Assembly (NCBI GenBank): GCA_051599415.1
Contig: AP039701.1
Location: 434,001 to 457,260 of the forward strand
From: Savitreella phatthalungensis
Lineage: Eukaryota
Reading direction: 5' to 3'
Length of the DNA stretch: 23,260 nucleotides
The notes below the pieces were generated by a model, which saw only the letters and a program-made list of their open reading frames with translations, did not search any database and was not told the DNA's origin. The position numbers and the translations under genes were made by a program. Below, piece by piece: positions 9,551-20,745 of the stretch (positions within the stretch are counted from its first letter, which is position 1; every line of letters starts with the position of its first letter).

Positions 9551-10326
9551 ATGCTGCCTGTGCTGTTGAGTGCGCTTGCTGGCTACAACGCGGTCGCGCA
9601 CAGACTGTTTTGCGACTTTCGCCCCAAGAATGACGTCGGTCTTCCGTGCGTGATCGATCATGAGCAGCACGGGCGCTTTGAACTGGTAGCTTCGGGTACA
9701 CGTAGGGTCACCTTCCTCTCAATCCGTGTATATAATGTTGGCATTTACATTGCGGCCGAGCACGCTTTGCGTGTCCGAGAGCTCGTACGTGAGCGAGCTC
9801 ACTTGAGAAATGAGGATGTCAAAGAGTTCCTGCTTCATCCAGAGCACGGCACCCAAGCGATTCAGAGTATATCAGCTAATGTAAAGATGATGGTTCGAAT
9901 CGTGCCAGTCCGCGATACGGTGAGTGGAAAGAAGCGCTCCGAAAGACATGGGCTGACAGCAGGACATTGCTCACAGTAGGTATGCTCGTGCGGTACGCGA
10001 CAACTGGCTGACAGACAGTGCGGGATGGATTCGTGCGTGGCATTAGCGCGAGAATAGAACCGCAGACGGATGCACTCGTGGCTTTCAAGGAGTTCTTCCC
10101 AAATCCACGGATGAAATTACCCACAACGTCCGTCATGCAACTGATTTCGTTACCCGGCAACCCTGGCCGACTTGCGCTCGAAATAGACGGCCACGATTAC
10201 GGCACGTACACCGGCCCGAGAGCCTTGCTAGACGGCCTCATCGGCACATACTGTAGCGGCAGCAAGGTTGCTTCGGAAGAAATGCGTCAAGAATTCGTTG
10301 AACAACTTGCAAATCATGCGTCCTAG
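9551..10326 (+). CDS. AIM18: Aim18/Aim46-like chalcone-isomerase-fold mitochondrial protein; exons 9551-9919, 9963-9975, 10019-10326 (229 aa)
   Basis: Motif GTRRVTFLSIRVYNVGIYI. Removing introns 9920-9962 (GTGAGT...GCTGACAGCAG) and 9976-10018 (GTAGGT...GCTGACAGACAG) restores VRIVPVRDT-DIAH-MRDGFVRGI, matching the family motif RIVPxRxTDFxHLRDG. Confidence 0.85.
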
Positions 10327-10613
10327 CTGAATCACAGCAGATGTACCATGCGTTCGACCCACGGGAACTTTCACTCAACCATCATTCGACTGGTTCTACA
10401 ATCAATCGACTGCAAATATGGAACAAACTTTTTAACATAGCTAGTTAGCTATAGAGATGATCAGAGATGAGTCCATTTACATGAGATATTTTCTACAAAC
10501 AGCTGCTGCATGCGCGCACGAACGTATTCACGAAGTCGTATGAACCTAAATGGGAGAAGTGATTATATCGCATTTCAGCACGACAGTTGTTCAGGACACG
10601 CTGCTGGCGCGCC

Positions 10614-13600
10614 ATGACTGATGTTGCCAGGGCGGCACAATTCCTGCGTCTTCCTGAGGAAGCGATTCAGCAGCGCGATTGGAGTCTTGTGCTCACAGCG
10701 ATCGTGAACCGCGCGGAAGCCGTTGAGGAGCTCGAAGCTTCCGTGCTCGTTCTTACTACCGAGGCTGAGGAGCTTCGCCGAAGCAGCCGCCAAGAGACGA
10801 CAGTCGCGGATGATCGCGAGACTCCGCGAACAGATGCAAACACCGATGTGCCGGCACGTCAGTTGCAATACCAGGTAGATGAGCTCAGGCATGACAAAAC
10901 GCAGGTTATGGCACTGCTCGCGCGAGCTAATGCAACCATCACGCAGGGCGAAGATGACTACAAGGCACTATCCGATCGCTACACGGCGCTGCGTAAGGAG
11001 ACTGCGCAGTTGGAGGCCTCCTTGCACACGAGCCGCACATCCGAGCACGAAGCGACTTTAAAACGCGATCTCGCGATTCAGGAACTCGACCTCGAGAAGA
11101 AGAATGCTAAGTGGTTGACCAGCGAGCTCTCAGGTAAGGTGGATAGTTTCGCAGCGTACCGCAGTGAGGCCAGCGACAACCTTTCGAAATTGCAGCACCA
11201 ATTAGAAACGGTTCAATCCGCGCTTCTTGCTAGCGAACAGTCCAGGGAGGCGCTGCAGCGCACCTTGTCAGAACAGACTAAGCGTTTTGAGCAGGCACTC
11301 GAAGACTTAGCAGGACTGAAAGTTCAGGCTGCTGCGCGAGAGGAGAGCTTTCGTGCGGAGCTAGCCGCGCAACAACGCTTAGTCGATCTTTGGGAGCGAT
11401 CTGCAGCTGAGGCTGTTGAGCGGGCGGAACGACTGGAAGCAAAGCTTGGCAACGACGCCGAGAACGCCACTGTGCAACGCCTTCGCTCGTCTCTTGCTGA
11501 CTCACGTCAGCGTCTGACAGAGCTATCGGAACAGGTTGCGACACTACAGGCCGACCTCGAAAAGGTCAACGATGAGCTCGCCATTGCCAACGAGCGTCTT
11601 GCCATGCAGGATGCCAGTGTGCTATCGCCGACTGCACATGCCATGACGAAGCTACGTGCCGAAGGCGCTTCGATGACAGAGCTTTATACCGAGCTGCTAA
11701 AGCTCCGACAGGCACTTCAGCATGAACGCAGCAAGAATGGACGCATTCAATCCAGCTTTGACAAGCTTATTGCAGAATTGGAGGAACGAGCGCCACAGAT
11801 TCAGGAGCAACGACAAGAGTACGCGTCCATCCAGGAGGAGCTTGTGCGAATGTCGGAAGACATGCAGGAGCTCCTAGCAGAGCGTGACAAGCAGGCTCAT
11901 GTCTTGAACTCTACACAAACGAGGCTTTCTGATCGCGATCGCGAACTTTTACTACTACGCCAACAGGTTCGCGACATGTCTCGTCAAGTACAGTGCTTGG
12001 TCTTCGAAGTCGAACAAGGCGGCTTCCGCACGGCGGCTCTTACGGACGCAGAGGTCGTGCAGCTTAACCGACTACTGTCCGAGCCGGACGAGGTGAGTTC
12101 TGCAGTCGATGCCCTCATAAGTGACAGACTCGTCGTCTTTCGCAATATACAAGAGCTGCAGCAGCAGAATGCCCGCCAACTCCAAATAACTCGTCAACTT
12201 GGCGCCAAAATGGAACGAGAAGAGCAGCAAAACCGCAAGCGTGTTGAAGAGATTGAGAGTGAGCTTCTCCAGCGAGCTCAGGAGACGATTACCCGCCTCA
12301 ACAAGGAGGTCTCTGCTCTGCAAGCGCGGCTTGAAGCCAGTACTTATGAGCGCGAACTTTTCCGTAGGTTAGCGGACGGTCGTCAGGAGGCGCCGGTGGC
12401 CGCTGTCAGCAACGATGAAGGAATGAAGGCTGCTTTCGACGCCTTCAAGCTCGAGTCGAATGAAAACTATGAGGCGCTGGCCGGCCAACTCTCAAGCGCC
12501 GAAAAGGAGCGTGGAGAACTCCGGGTGCAGTGTGCTCGCGTGGAGGCGCAACTCGAGTTGGCGACAGAGCGCATCGGTCTTCTCAATGGGACGATTCAGA
12601 TGCTCCGCCAAGAGAACGAGCATGTTCGATCTCGCTACGAAGACCTACAGTCCAGCAGTGCCAAGCTCGAGGCCATGTCGCAGCAAAATACAGAAGAGCT
12701 TGCGAAGGCAAGGGCGCAGCTCAGTAGAATGACGACCGATTCCTTCAACCACCAGGGCGAAAAGCAATTGTGGAAAGCGATCGAAGCTCGAGTCACCTCG
12801 GAACTTTCAGATGTCCGTGCGGAGCGAGATAAGTTTGTCGGCACCGTGGCCTCTCTTCAAGCACGCCTGTCCGAGAGCGAGCGTCAGGAGCAGGAGGTGC
12901 GGACGAGGACCAATAAGCAGCTTGCTAACCTGCAAGAAGAGCTAACGCAAGCGAAGGTGACACTCCGGGCGGAACGAGAGGAGGTAGCACGGCTTGTATC
13001 GATGCGAGACCTAGCCGCTCGCGAGTCTGCAGCTAAGATCGAAACATTACTGAAGCAAATTGCCGACGAACGTGAAGCACAACTGCTCGCGAATGGCCAC
13101 AACTCAACGGACGCCTCTGTGGCTAACGAAGAAATGAGTCACGAGCTCCAACTGCTGCGTGCGGAACTAGAGACTGCAACACGCGAAAAGGCTCAGTACG
13201 AGCAGATCGCATCGACGGCAGAAGCTGCCTTGCGCGAGCACAATGGCGCACATGAACAATTCCTGAAGAGCATCGAGCAGGAGAAGTCGGAGCGAGAGGC
13301 GAGAAGCGCACAGCTAGAAACTCAGATTGCGCAGCTTGCATCTGAGCTTGGTACAATCAGACAGGTCGAAGAGCGGAAGCGAAGAGATATTGAGGCAGAA
13401 CTCGGCGACATGCAAGAACGGCTCACCGCCTCTGAAGATCTGGAGAAACAATATACCATGGCTACACGCTTTTATGAAGAGGATTTACGAAATCAGTCCG
13501 AGATCGCTCAGGAAGCGCATCAGAATTACGAGGCCGAACTTGTCAAGCACGCAGAGGCTGCTCAAGCTCTGCGGGCTCTTCGACACGATTACAACGAGCT

Positions 13601-15149
13601 CAAAGCGGAAAGTCTACAATTGCGCGAAAGAAGCGAGTGTTTTGATGAGCGCTTGGAGGCAGAGACTAATGCATGGGGTGAACAACGGGCACTATACGAG
13701 CGCGAGATTCGCGATTTACGGTCCAGGATCTCAGAGCTTCAGAGGCAGAATGAGGTCGTCCTCGAGCAACTTGAGGCGGTCTCCAGAACTGGAGAAATGG
13801 AACCATCAAGTTCAGATGATCAATCTCCCGCGGCGCTTGCGGAGGTGGTCAAATATCTCCGACGGGAGAAGGAGATCGTGGATGTCCGTCATGACCTGCT
13901 ACAGCAAGAACTGCGAAGGTCTAAACTCGAGATTCAGCGGTTAGAAACAGCACTCTCGACAACGACTGCTCAGCTCGCTGAGGAGCGTTCGCGCGCTGTG
14001 CAGCTCTCTGCGCAGGCACGTGAGCCCACAGATGAAGTTTCGCTGTACAAGGAGAGCAACACGGTGCTACGAAGTGAAGCTCAACAGGCATCTGCAAAGA
14101 ACATACGCCTCGAGATGAGAATCGCAGAACTTTCATCGCAACTGGAACCGCTGGAGTCTCGGGCACGCGCCATTGAGAGCGAGAGCATCGCCAAGGATGG
14201 TCAGATTGATCTACTTCGCCAGGAATGCGACCGCTGGAGACAGCGCAACCAGCAGATATTGCAAAAGTACGAGCGTATCGATCCTGATGAGTTGCAGAGC
14301 TTGAGGCAGACTGCGGAACAGCACGCAAACGAGCGTGCGCGACTCGAACGGGATCTGATCGAACGACGGGAGGCGATGGAGCAGAGCAAATCGGCGCTTG
14401 ACGCTTTACAAGCCAGGTACGAGGCATTGTCGAACCAGGTCAAGGAACGCATCAAGAAAGAGCGTGCAGCCAGTAAGGAGGCAAAGCAACAGGCCGACGC
14501 TGCCCAGGAGGAATTGACTGCTGCCAAGTCGGAGCTTGACTCCGTGAAGGTCGAACTCTCACATCTCAAGCAGCAGCATGAAGACATAAAGGCACAATCG
14601 CAAGCGCTTGCAGCAGGCCCGTCCCTCGAAAGCTTGACGCAGGAATCCGAGTCATTGAAAGCGGCTCTGACAGCCAAAGATACTGAGCTCGAAGCGCTAC
14701 ACCAGAGACTGCGACACGATTCGATCACGGGTGAGCAGTCTGACCAATTGGCGGAGGAGCTCGCAAAAATAGGCACTGAGCACGTCAACCCGGATCTCAG
14801 ACGTGTGCTCGACGAAAAAGTGGCCGAGAAGGAAGCAGAACTACGTCTCAAGTATCAGACCGCAATGCGTGACAAAGTCGACGGCCTTGTCGAGACAAGG
14901 CTTGCAACGAGGCTTGAAGCCGAGAAAGGCAAGTGGAAAATCGAGAGCGACGCAGCGAAGCAGAAAGCTGTGGAAAACACCAAGCGAGAGGTAGAGATGC
15001 GAAATAAACTCGTGCTCTCCGCGAGGGACCGCGAGATAGCGAAGCTGAAGAAAGAGGCTTCACTCGTGGTCGCCTCTGCAGACCCTGCTCATGGCAATGT
15101 TGCTACTCCTGGCTCTGACCCGGCCACTGCGACCGCTTCAGTAAACGCG

Positions 15150-15244
<95 letters not shown>

Positions 15245-15671
15245 CCCTGCTCCTGCCCCTGCTCCTGCCCCTGCTCCTGCCCCTGCTCCTGCTCCTGCTC
15301 CTGCGAACCCTTCTATTCCAGCCGATATTGATACTCAGGCTGATACGCATGCTCCCTCTACCGCGCTTGTCTCAGCAGCGATCGAAGACAGCCCGGAAAA
15401 GGCCAAAATGTCTGGCCTACTGCCGACTGGGGCCCTTGATCACACACCTGGATCGACCGCATCAGCCAACAATGCTGCACCCGAGGGTGAAGACCATGGG
15501 TCTGATGACGAACAGGGAGCGGATGTAGAAGCGGAAAATCAGAATGCACAACGCAGGCCCAAACGCGGCGGATCTCGGGGAAGGGGCAGACGCACTGGGG
15601 GCCCGACTGGCTCGAAGCGAGCACGAGACGACGCTGATGTGGCCGGCCCCGCAGCGAAGAAGGCCGCCTAG
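10614..15671 (+). CDS. MLP1: Nuclear pore basket coiled-coil protein Mlp1/Tpr/Nup211
   Basis: About 1685-aa coiled coil. Family motifs: ISDRLVVFRNIQELQQQNARQL, AQEAHQNYEAELVKHAEAAQAL, EVVKYLRREKEIVD, LYKESNTVLR, DRWRQRNQQILQKYERIDPDEL. Basic RG/NLS-like C-terminus. First ATG is 10614 (the track start is TTG). Confidence 0.92.
15150..15305 (+). repeat. Coding hexanucleotide microsatellite (CCTGCT/CCTGCC)x26 encoding (Pro-Ala)26
   Basis: Read directly: 15x CCTGCT, 4x (CCTGCC CCTGCT), 2x CCTGCT, then CCTGCG. Confidence 0.97.
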
Positions 15672-15764
15672 ACGCTTAATCAACAGAAATGCAAGTGGAG
15701 CATACGTAATACTTAAATATGTGTACAGTTCAAAGAACCGAGTAGTGTCCGAGGGGTGTAATTA

Positions 15765-16829
15765 ATGCGACGTGCACGGCTCGGGTCTCAGTTCTCGACG
15801 AAGGCAGAGTCGAAAGCAGACGGAAATGCGATATCGCGCAGGCTTGCCGAACTTGAGGGTAGCGCGGCTGACTCACACGACGATGCACTGTCACGAATGC
15901 GCTTCGACACGAATCGACTGACCTATGCAGGCACGTCGCGCACCCCCATCCGGCAAACTTCGCCCTCAAATGCTGCGCGATTGGATCGCAAAGTGGCCGA
16001 GAGACTACGGATCGCTCAAGCTCACGCAGAAACAAACTCGTACCGGGCTGCGACTGAGCGGTCGAAGGAGTTTGCAGCAGCCGAGGAGAAGTTCCGACCA
16101 ATGCCAGATACGCTCGAGGGGTTGCAAAGCCTCGCAGAAGAGCGAATCGAAGAGGCTCGTCGCAATGGGGCATTTCGAAACCTCGAAGGTAAGGGCAAGG
16201 CCCTCGATCTCGCAGAAGCTCGCCAGCCAATGGTAGATCGGACAGAGTACTTTCTCAATCAAATCATCAAGAAGCAGGGCGCATTGCCGCCCTTCGTTGA
16301 CGCGCAGGTCAACTTAGATAAGGCTGTCGCAGATTTCCGTAGGTGTCTTCGCCTGGAGTGGGCCAGCTTTGCCTGCAAGGTCATTGCGATGGCGGGTGGC
16401 TCATTGGAAGATCAGGTCGCAAGGGCGCGCAGATACGGCACGGCAGAGATCACGCGCGTCGATCGCCTGCGAGACACCAACTGGGAGCGCCGCGAATGGC
16501 CATTCATCAAAGCGAGAGTAAAGGACCTGAACGACAAGGTGCGCGGTTACAATATCATCGCGCCATTCAACTCACGCCGGGTCTACCTTGCGGCTCGTGA
16601 GGAGCTCGACGCCGCTTACCGTGAGGCGACGCCAATGGTCGCAGGTCAGCTCATCGATAGAGCAAACGCGCCGAAGTTCAAGGAGAGTCGTGTTTACTCG
16701 GCTAGATATGGGAGGACCTCGATTCTCGACCACTTGGCAGGCAGAGCCAAGAGCACCTTTTACGAGCGCGACATTGGCACTTATGGTTTCAGTGAATGGT
16801 GGAAGGACACGTTCCGGCGCAGTGCCTAG
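15765..16829 (+). CDS. DUF1992 / DNAJC28 conserved-domain protein, probably mitochondrial
   Basis: SLAEERIEEARRNGAFRNLEGKGKAL...DRTEYFLNQIIKKQGALPPFV and LNDKVRGYNIIAP match fungal DUF1992 proteins. The N-terminus is Arg-rich. Confidence 0.8.
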   Translation: MRRARLGSQFSTKAESKADGNAISRRLAELEGSAADSHDDALSRMRFDTNRLTYAGTSRTPIRQTSPSNAARLDRKVAERLRIAQAHAETNSYRAATERSKEFAAAEEKFRPMPDTLEGLQSLAEERIEEARRNGAFRNLEGKGKALDLAEARQPMVDRTEYFLNQIIKKQGALPPFVDAQVNLDKAVADFRRCLRLEWASFACKVIAMAGGSLEDQVARARRYGTAEITRVDRLRDTNWERREWPFIKARVKDLNDKVRGYNIIAPFNSRRVYLAAREELDAAYREATPMVAGQLIDRANAPKFKESRVYSARYGRTSILDHLAGRAKSTFYERDIGTYGFSEWWKDTFRRSA

Positions 16830-17151
16830 GGCTGTGACGTCTCATCGGTAGCTGTGATGAATGACAATGAATCATGTGTAATAAACGTATCGACCGCTAA
16901 GAGTGGCAATCATGTACATGACTCCTCACAGGTGCAAGAGCAGGTTGACTCCATTTGTTGATGACTAAGTTAGCACGATCGACAGAGTAGGTGAGCGCGT
17001 TCGATGTCCAGACCACTATGGTCATGGTCGAACACATGGAACAACCCACTGAACCCTGTCACAGTGACGAAAGCCTGCGCAACCGTGTTAGAAGAGACCG
17101 TGACATCACATTGCGGTATATGTACCGTGCGTCAGCGGCGCAGCACAGGCA

Positions 17152-17266
17152 GCTCCTGTGGCCAAGCAGGTTAAGGCCTCATGCTTATACGCGCATACGC
17201 AAAAAGGTTTTGACGAATCTTTTCAGGTGAACGTGAAAATCGGGAGTTCGAGCCTCCCCAGGAGCA
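17152..17266 (+). tRNA. tRNA-Ile (anticodon TAT) with a 41-nt intron at 17190-17230
   Basis: Acceptor stem GCTCCTG/CAGGAGC plus discriminator A; D arm GCC...GGC with TGGCCAAGCAGG A-box; anticodon stem TCATG/CGTGA with loop CT-TAT-A^A; T arm GGGAG-TTCGAGC-CTCCC. The intron is at the canonical 37/38 position and the mature length is 74 nt. Confidence 0.93.
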
Positions 17267-17341
17267 CATTTTGGGGATGCCGCCGATCTAACTGCACTTT
17301 TCGTCACGCTTGTTTTTGTCACTTTGCTTGTTTTGTCACGC

Positions 17342-17373
17342 TTCTCGAATTGTTGGCCGTTCTAGCCACGTTC
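17342..17373. promoter_or_regulatory. Possible heat-shock element upstream of FES1
   Basis: TTCtcGAA (17342-17349) plus further TTC units at 17360 and 17371. FES1 is an Hsf1 target in yeasts, but the spacing here is not a perfect three-unit HSE. Confidence 0.3.
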
Positions 17374-17614
17374 TCTCGCATCACCCACGATCGCTCGGCT
17401 CGTTGTCATTCCTTTCCTTCTGCGAAGCCGAGCGGCACTTTTTACCTCGCGATACTCGCGTTAAACAAGGACTGTCCAGAAGATCTCTTAAGCATCACTC
17501 GACGGTCGCTCCCTCACAAGTTTGCGGCGCCGATCGTCCTCTTTGAGTAATCAGCCTGTGCCTGAACGACGTCATCCTTGGGGACGCGGAACGGCGATAC
17601 CCGTGTGAGCGAGG

Positions 17615-18520
17615 ATGACAGATAAGCGCTCGCTCGAGCAGCTGTTGCAATTTTCCACGTCCCTTCACTCAAATAACAATGATCTGACTGCAGCGCAGGC
17701 GCGGACCGGCTCAAGGCTCGACCCTAGCGTCATCGACAGCATCATGGGACCATCTGACGCGCAGCTCATGCTAGACTCAATGAAAGCTATTGCGTCGGCT
17801 CCCTCTTCTGACGACGAGGTGATCGAGACGGCGTTCGAGAATCTTGAGGCCCTCGTCGAGCAGATTGACAATGCAAAGAATCTCAAGAACATGGGACTTT
17901 GGCCACCGCTTATCGCACAGCTGGACAGATCGCCGGTACATCGACGGGGCGCTTGTGCCGTTATTGCTGCCGCTCTGCAGAACAATCCGGAAGCACAGGA
18001 TGCATTCCTTGCGCTCGAGGGAGCACTGCAAAGAGTGCGTGGTCTCGTGCTCGACTCTGATCCAGCTGTTCGACGGAAAGCCTTATTCGCCATGACGTCA
18101 GCCGTGAGAAATAATTCCAAGGGGTTGCGAAAGCTTTCTGAAGTGGACGGGTGGAGACTATTCCTCTCCTTGCTCGACAACGATGAGCTCCGGAAGCGCA
18201 CAGTATTCTTCCTCGGCAATGTGTTTGCCCAGATTAACGACGCGGATCTCGAGCCGTCAGAGCACCTCATCCAAATCGACCAAGATCTGCTTGCGACCCT
18301 CAAACAGGTAAGGGCAGAATGTGTGCCGAAGCTCGTCAAGCTCCTTTCCCTCGATAAGGTAGTAGATGACGAAGATACCGTTGAAAAGGTTGTCCAGGCC
18401 CTCGAGACAGCCATCAAATCTGGCGAGATCAAGGTCGCAGGACTTTCCCAAGTAGCTGACCCAATCAGGCAAAGATATGGCGAGGAGATGTGTGATTGGA
18501 GCTTACTGTCATCATCATGA
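17615..18520 (+). CDS. FES1: Hsp70 nucleotide exchange factor Fes1
   Basis: LEQLLQFS, GPSDAQLMLDSM, AFENLEALVEQIDNAKNLKNMGLWPPLI, AALQNNPEAQDAF and VRRKALFAMTSAVRN form the Fes1 domain plus ARM repeats. Confidence 0.93.
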   Translation: MTDKRSLEQLLQFSTSLHSNNNDLTAAQARTGSRLDPSVIDSIMGPSDAQLMLDSMKAIASAPSSDDEVIETAFENLEALVEQIDNAKNLKNMGLWPPLIAQLDRSPVHRRGACAVIAAALQNNPEAQDAFLALEGALQRVRGLVLDSDPAVRRKALFAMTSAVRNNSKGLRKLSEVDGWRLFLSLLDNDELRKRTVFFLGNVFAQINDADLEPSEHLIQIDQDLLATLKQVRAECVPKLVKLLSLDKVVDDEDTVEKVVQALETAIKSGEIKVAGLSQVADPIRQRYGEEMCDWSLLSSS

Positions 18521-18813
18521 ACATCGCAAATTCCAACAAGACGTCGCCCAGACTCCAGACCGTACCTTACGCCCTCTGGTCTGTCGAAGTGCCGCGACGA
18601 ATGAACACAAGGCCAAATCATCGGGTGGTCGGAGCGAGCTTGCATTCGTCCATAGATTGTGTACCACAACATGCTGTAATTTCCATCAGTGAATGTGCGT
18701 TCGTGTATGCCACGTCGACACATCGATGTCGCCACTTATCAGCCGTAGTAGAGATCATCCCAAACGACCAACCTTCTTTAAGGCGCTTAATCAGATTCTT
18801 CGGGCTAGTCGCC

Positions 18814-19370
18814 GTTGCAAAGGACGATTGCTGGGCTCAAAAGAGCGACGGAGAAAGCGATCTGGACACAAACCAGACAACACCTGAGGACACACTCAAA
18901 GCTTACAGAGAGACACAGATGGCAAAACAGACACAGACTGGCACGGTCTCGCGGAGGACGAACGCGGGACCCGACAGCGACGGACAAAGCAGCACGAATA
19001 CAACCCAGATAACACAGGAGGACTCTGACGGAGCGCACTGAAGGCTACAAACGACCACAAATGCTTACAAACAAGTGGTAATAGACACAGAAGGACTACA
19101 AGAGGTTCATTTGGGCGGTGGTGCCAATCCATACTTCCCTGATATACCACAAGTCTGCTGCGGTGCTGAACGCTGCTGGCGTGTCAGGCTGGACCTAGCT
19201 ACAAGAAGACACAGCACGCCGTATGAGAAATGGCGTACAAGATATTATCAACCCCAGGACCTAGCACAGAAGAATACTATTGAATAGCTCTACACAGGAC
19301 TACCATCTTGTCGTACAGAGACTGAGCAATTGCGGAAGTAAAAGTGTCAAGAACGAGTGTATACAATCAG
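18814..19370 (+). repeat. Proximal diverged subtelomeric repeat block X-X-Y
   Basis: X copies start at ~18814 (AAGAGCGACGGAGAAAGCGA...) and 18949 (TCGCGGAGGACG...ACAGAAGGACTACAAGAG). The Y copy at ~19140-19370 shares CCAGGACCTAGCACAGAA(G/C)AATACT with the distal copies. Confidence 0.75.
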
Positions 19371-20412
19371 CACGAATCACGTGAGCGATTGTGATAGCAT
19401 TCAAGCGATGATCATCATTGCATGGAACAGAGAGCAATGTCAATATCGTTTCCGAATCCTCCAGTCTGACAGCTTTGTATCGAGTATTTACGGGTCTAAA
19501 AGCGCTGTGTACTATTTGTACACGGGTGACCCGGACAAGAGACCGGTCGCAACATCTGTAGGCACATTGACGGGATGTGCCGTCGGCATCACGCGCTGAC
19601 AGATGTCGTCGCATCAGAAAATGACGTATCCATCTCCCTCGAAGTGTATCGCTTGCAATGGCCAAGGTGCTGCCGCACGGTTCACAATACGACCTGCGAT
19701 TGACACCGCATCCGTTATCGCACGGGCACTACTGTATACACCGCAGGCAGCGAGCGCGTTTTGGTGTTGCGAAGTGTTGCTGATTCTTTCGCAATCAAGA
19801 TCACAACATGTCAGCAATGCACAGGATATTATGACAAAGATCATTTTGCGGTCTTTGTGCGCATTTGACCCGTCACATTGATTCTGCCCGGTTTGAATTG
19901 AAAGCACAAATGATCACTTTCGGGCACAAATGTTATCAAGAAATAAGTCTGCGCTGCACAACGTGTCCAATTGTCTCATTTGATGCGATATTACAAAGCG
20001 CAGTCTGTCCATCTCTACGCCGAGCCTGTTGTGGCGCACAAAGAGAGTGAATTTGCCGATATTCACAGCATCCGGGGCTGCACAAGGACTACAAATCGAC
20101 ATGGGCCGTAGTTTGACAGAAACTGCTTGCAGGATGTCAAACGCGACGAGAAAAACAAGATAGTCCTGAACCGAACAATGCAGTACGGTCCGGCACAAGA
20201 GGAAAGTCGTCACAGGGAACAGCTAAAAAAATGCGATCTTAGACAGACGTCACTATTTTGACCCGTTTCAGGAGCCTGATGTCTGATGCATACTTGCAGC
20301 TTCGAGCATCGATCGGGACCGTGCTTATCCTATATCGCGCATAACTTGGTCCCTGTCACATGCGTCGCGACACACCTTGTGCAGAGGACATGCAAAATCT
20401 TGTTCTGTTGTT

Positions 20413-20740
20413 TGTCGCGGAGGACGGCCGTAGAACCCGAGAGCGGCGGACGAAGCAACATAGACACGAGCCAGACAACCAGCAGGACACAGACGGAGTC
20501 CACCAAGGAACACAAAGAGAGATGCAAACAAGGACAAACAGATACAGAAGGACTACAAGAGACAGTCTAGGCAGTGACGCCAACTGTCGCGGAGGACGGC
20601 CGCAGGATCCGAGAGCGACGGACGAAGCGACACGGACATGAGACAGACGACACAGGAGGACCCAGACGGAGTCCACCGAGGGACACGGAGAGACACGAAC
20701 GAGCACGAACAAACACGGAGGAATCACGAGAGACAGTCTA
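20413..20740 (+). repeat. Tandem subtelomeric repeat X, two copies, period 172 bp
   Basis: TGTCGCGGAGGACGGCCG at 20413 and 20585. Both copies contain CAGACGGAGTCCACC and end in GAGACAGTCTA. Confidence 0.9.
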
Positions 20741-20745
20741 TGCGG

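Noticed and set aside
15138..15350. RS-repeat (SR-protein-like) ORF on the minus strand
   Set aside because: It is the antisense reading of the CCTGCT microsatellite inside MLP1.
10614..15671. Functional meaning of MLP1 (linked to telomere biology in yeast) lying near a telomere
   Set aside because: Nothing in the sequence supports more than coincidence.
17158..17550. 130-aa ORF upstream of FES1
   Set aside because: It overlaps the tRNA-Ile gene and FES1 promoter, has a non-ATG start, and shows no protein motif.
17665..18735. 356-aa minus-strand ORF
   Set aside because: Antisense shadow of FES1; Ser/Arg-rich with no recognisable domain.
18496..19041. 181-aa plus-strand ORF after FES1
   Set aside because: It has a non-ATG start overlapping the FES1 end, runs into X repeats, and shows no family motif.
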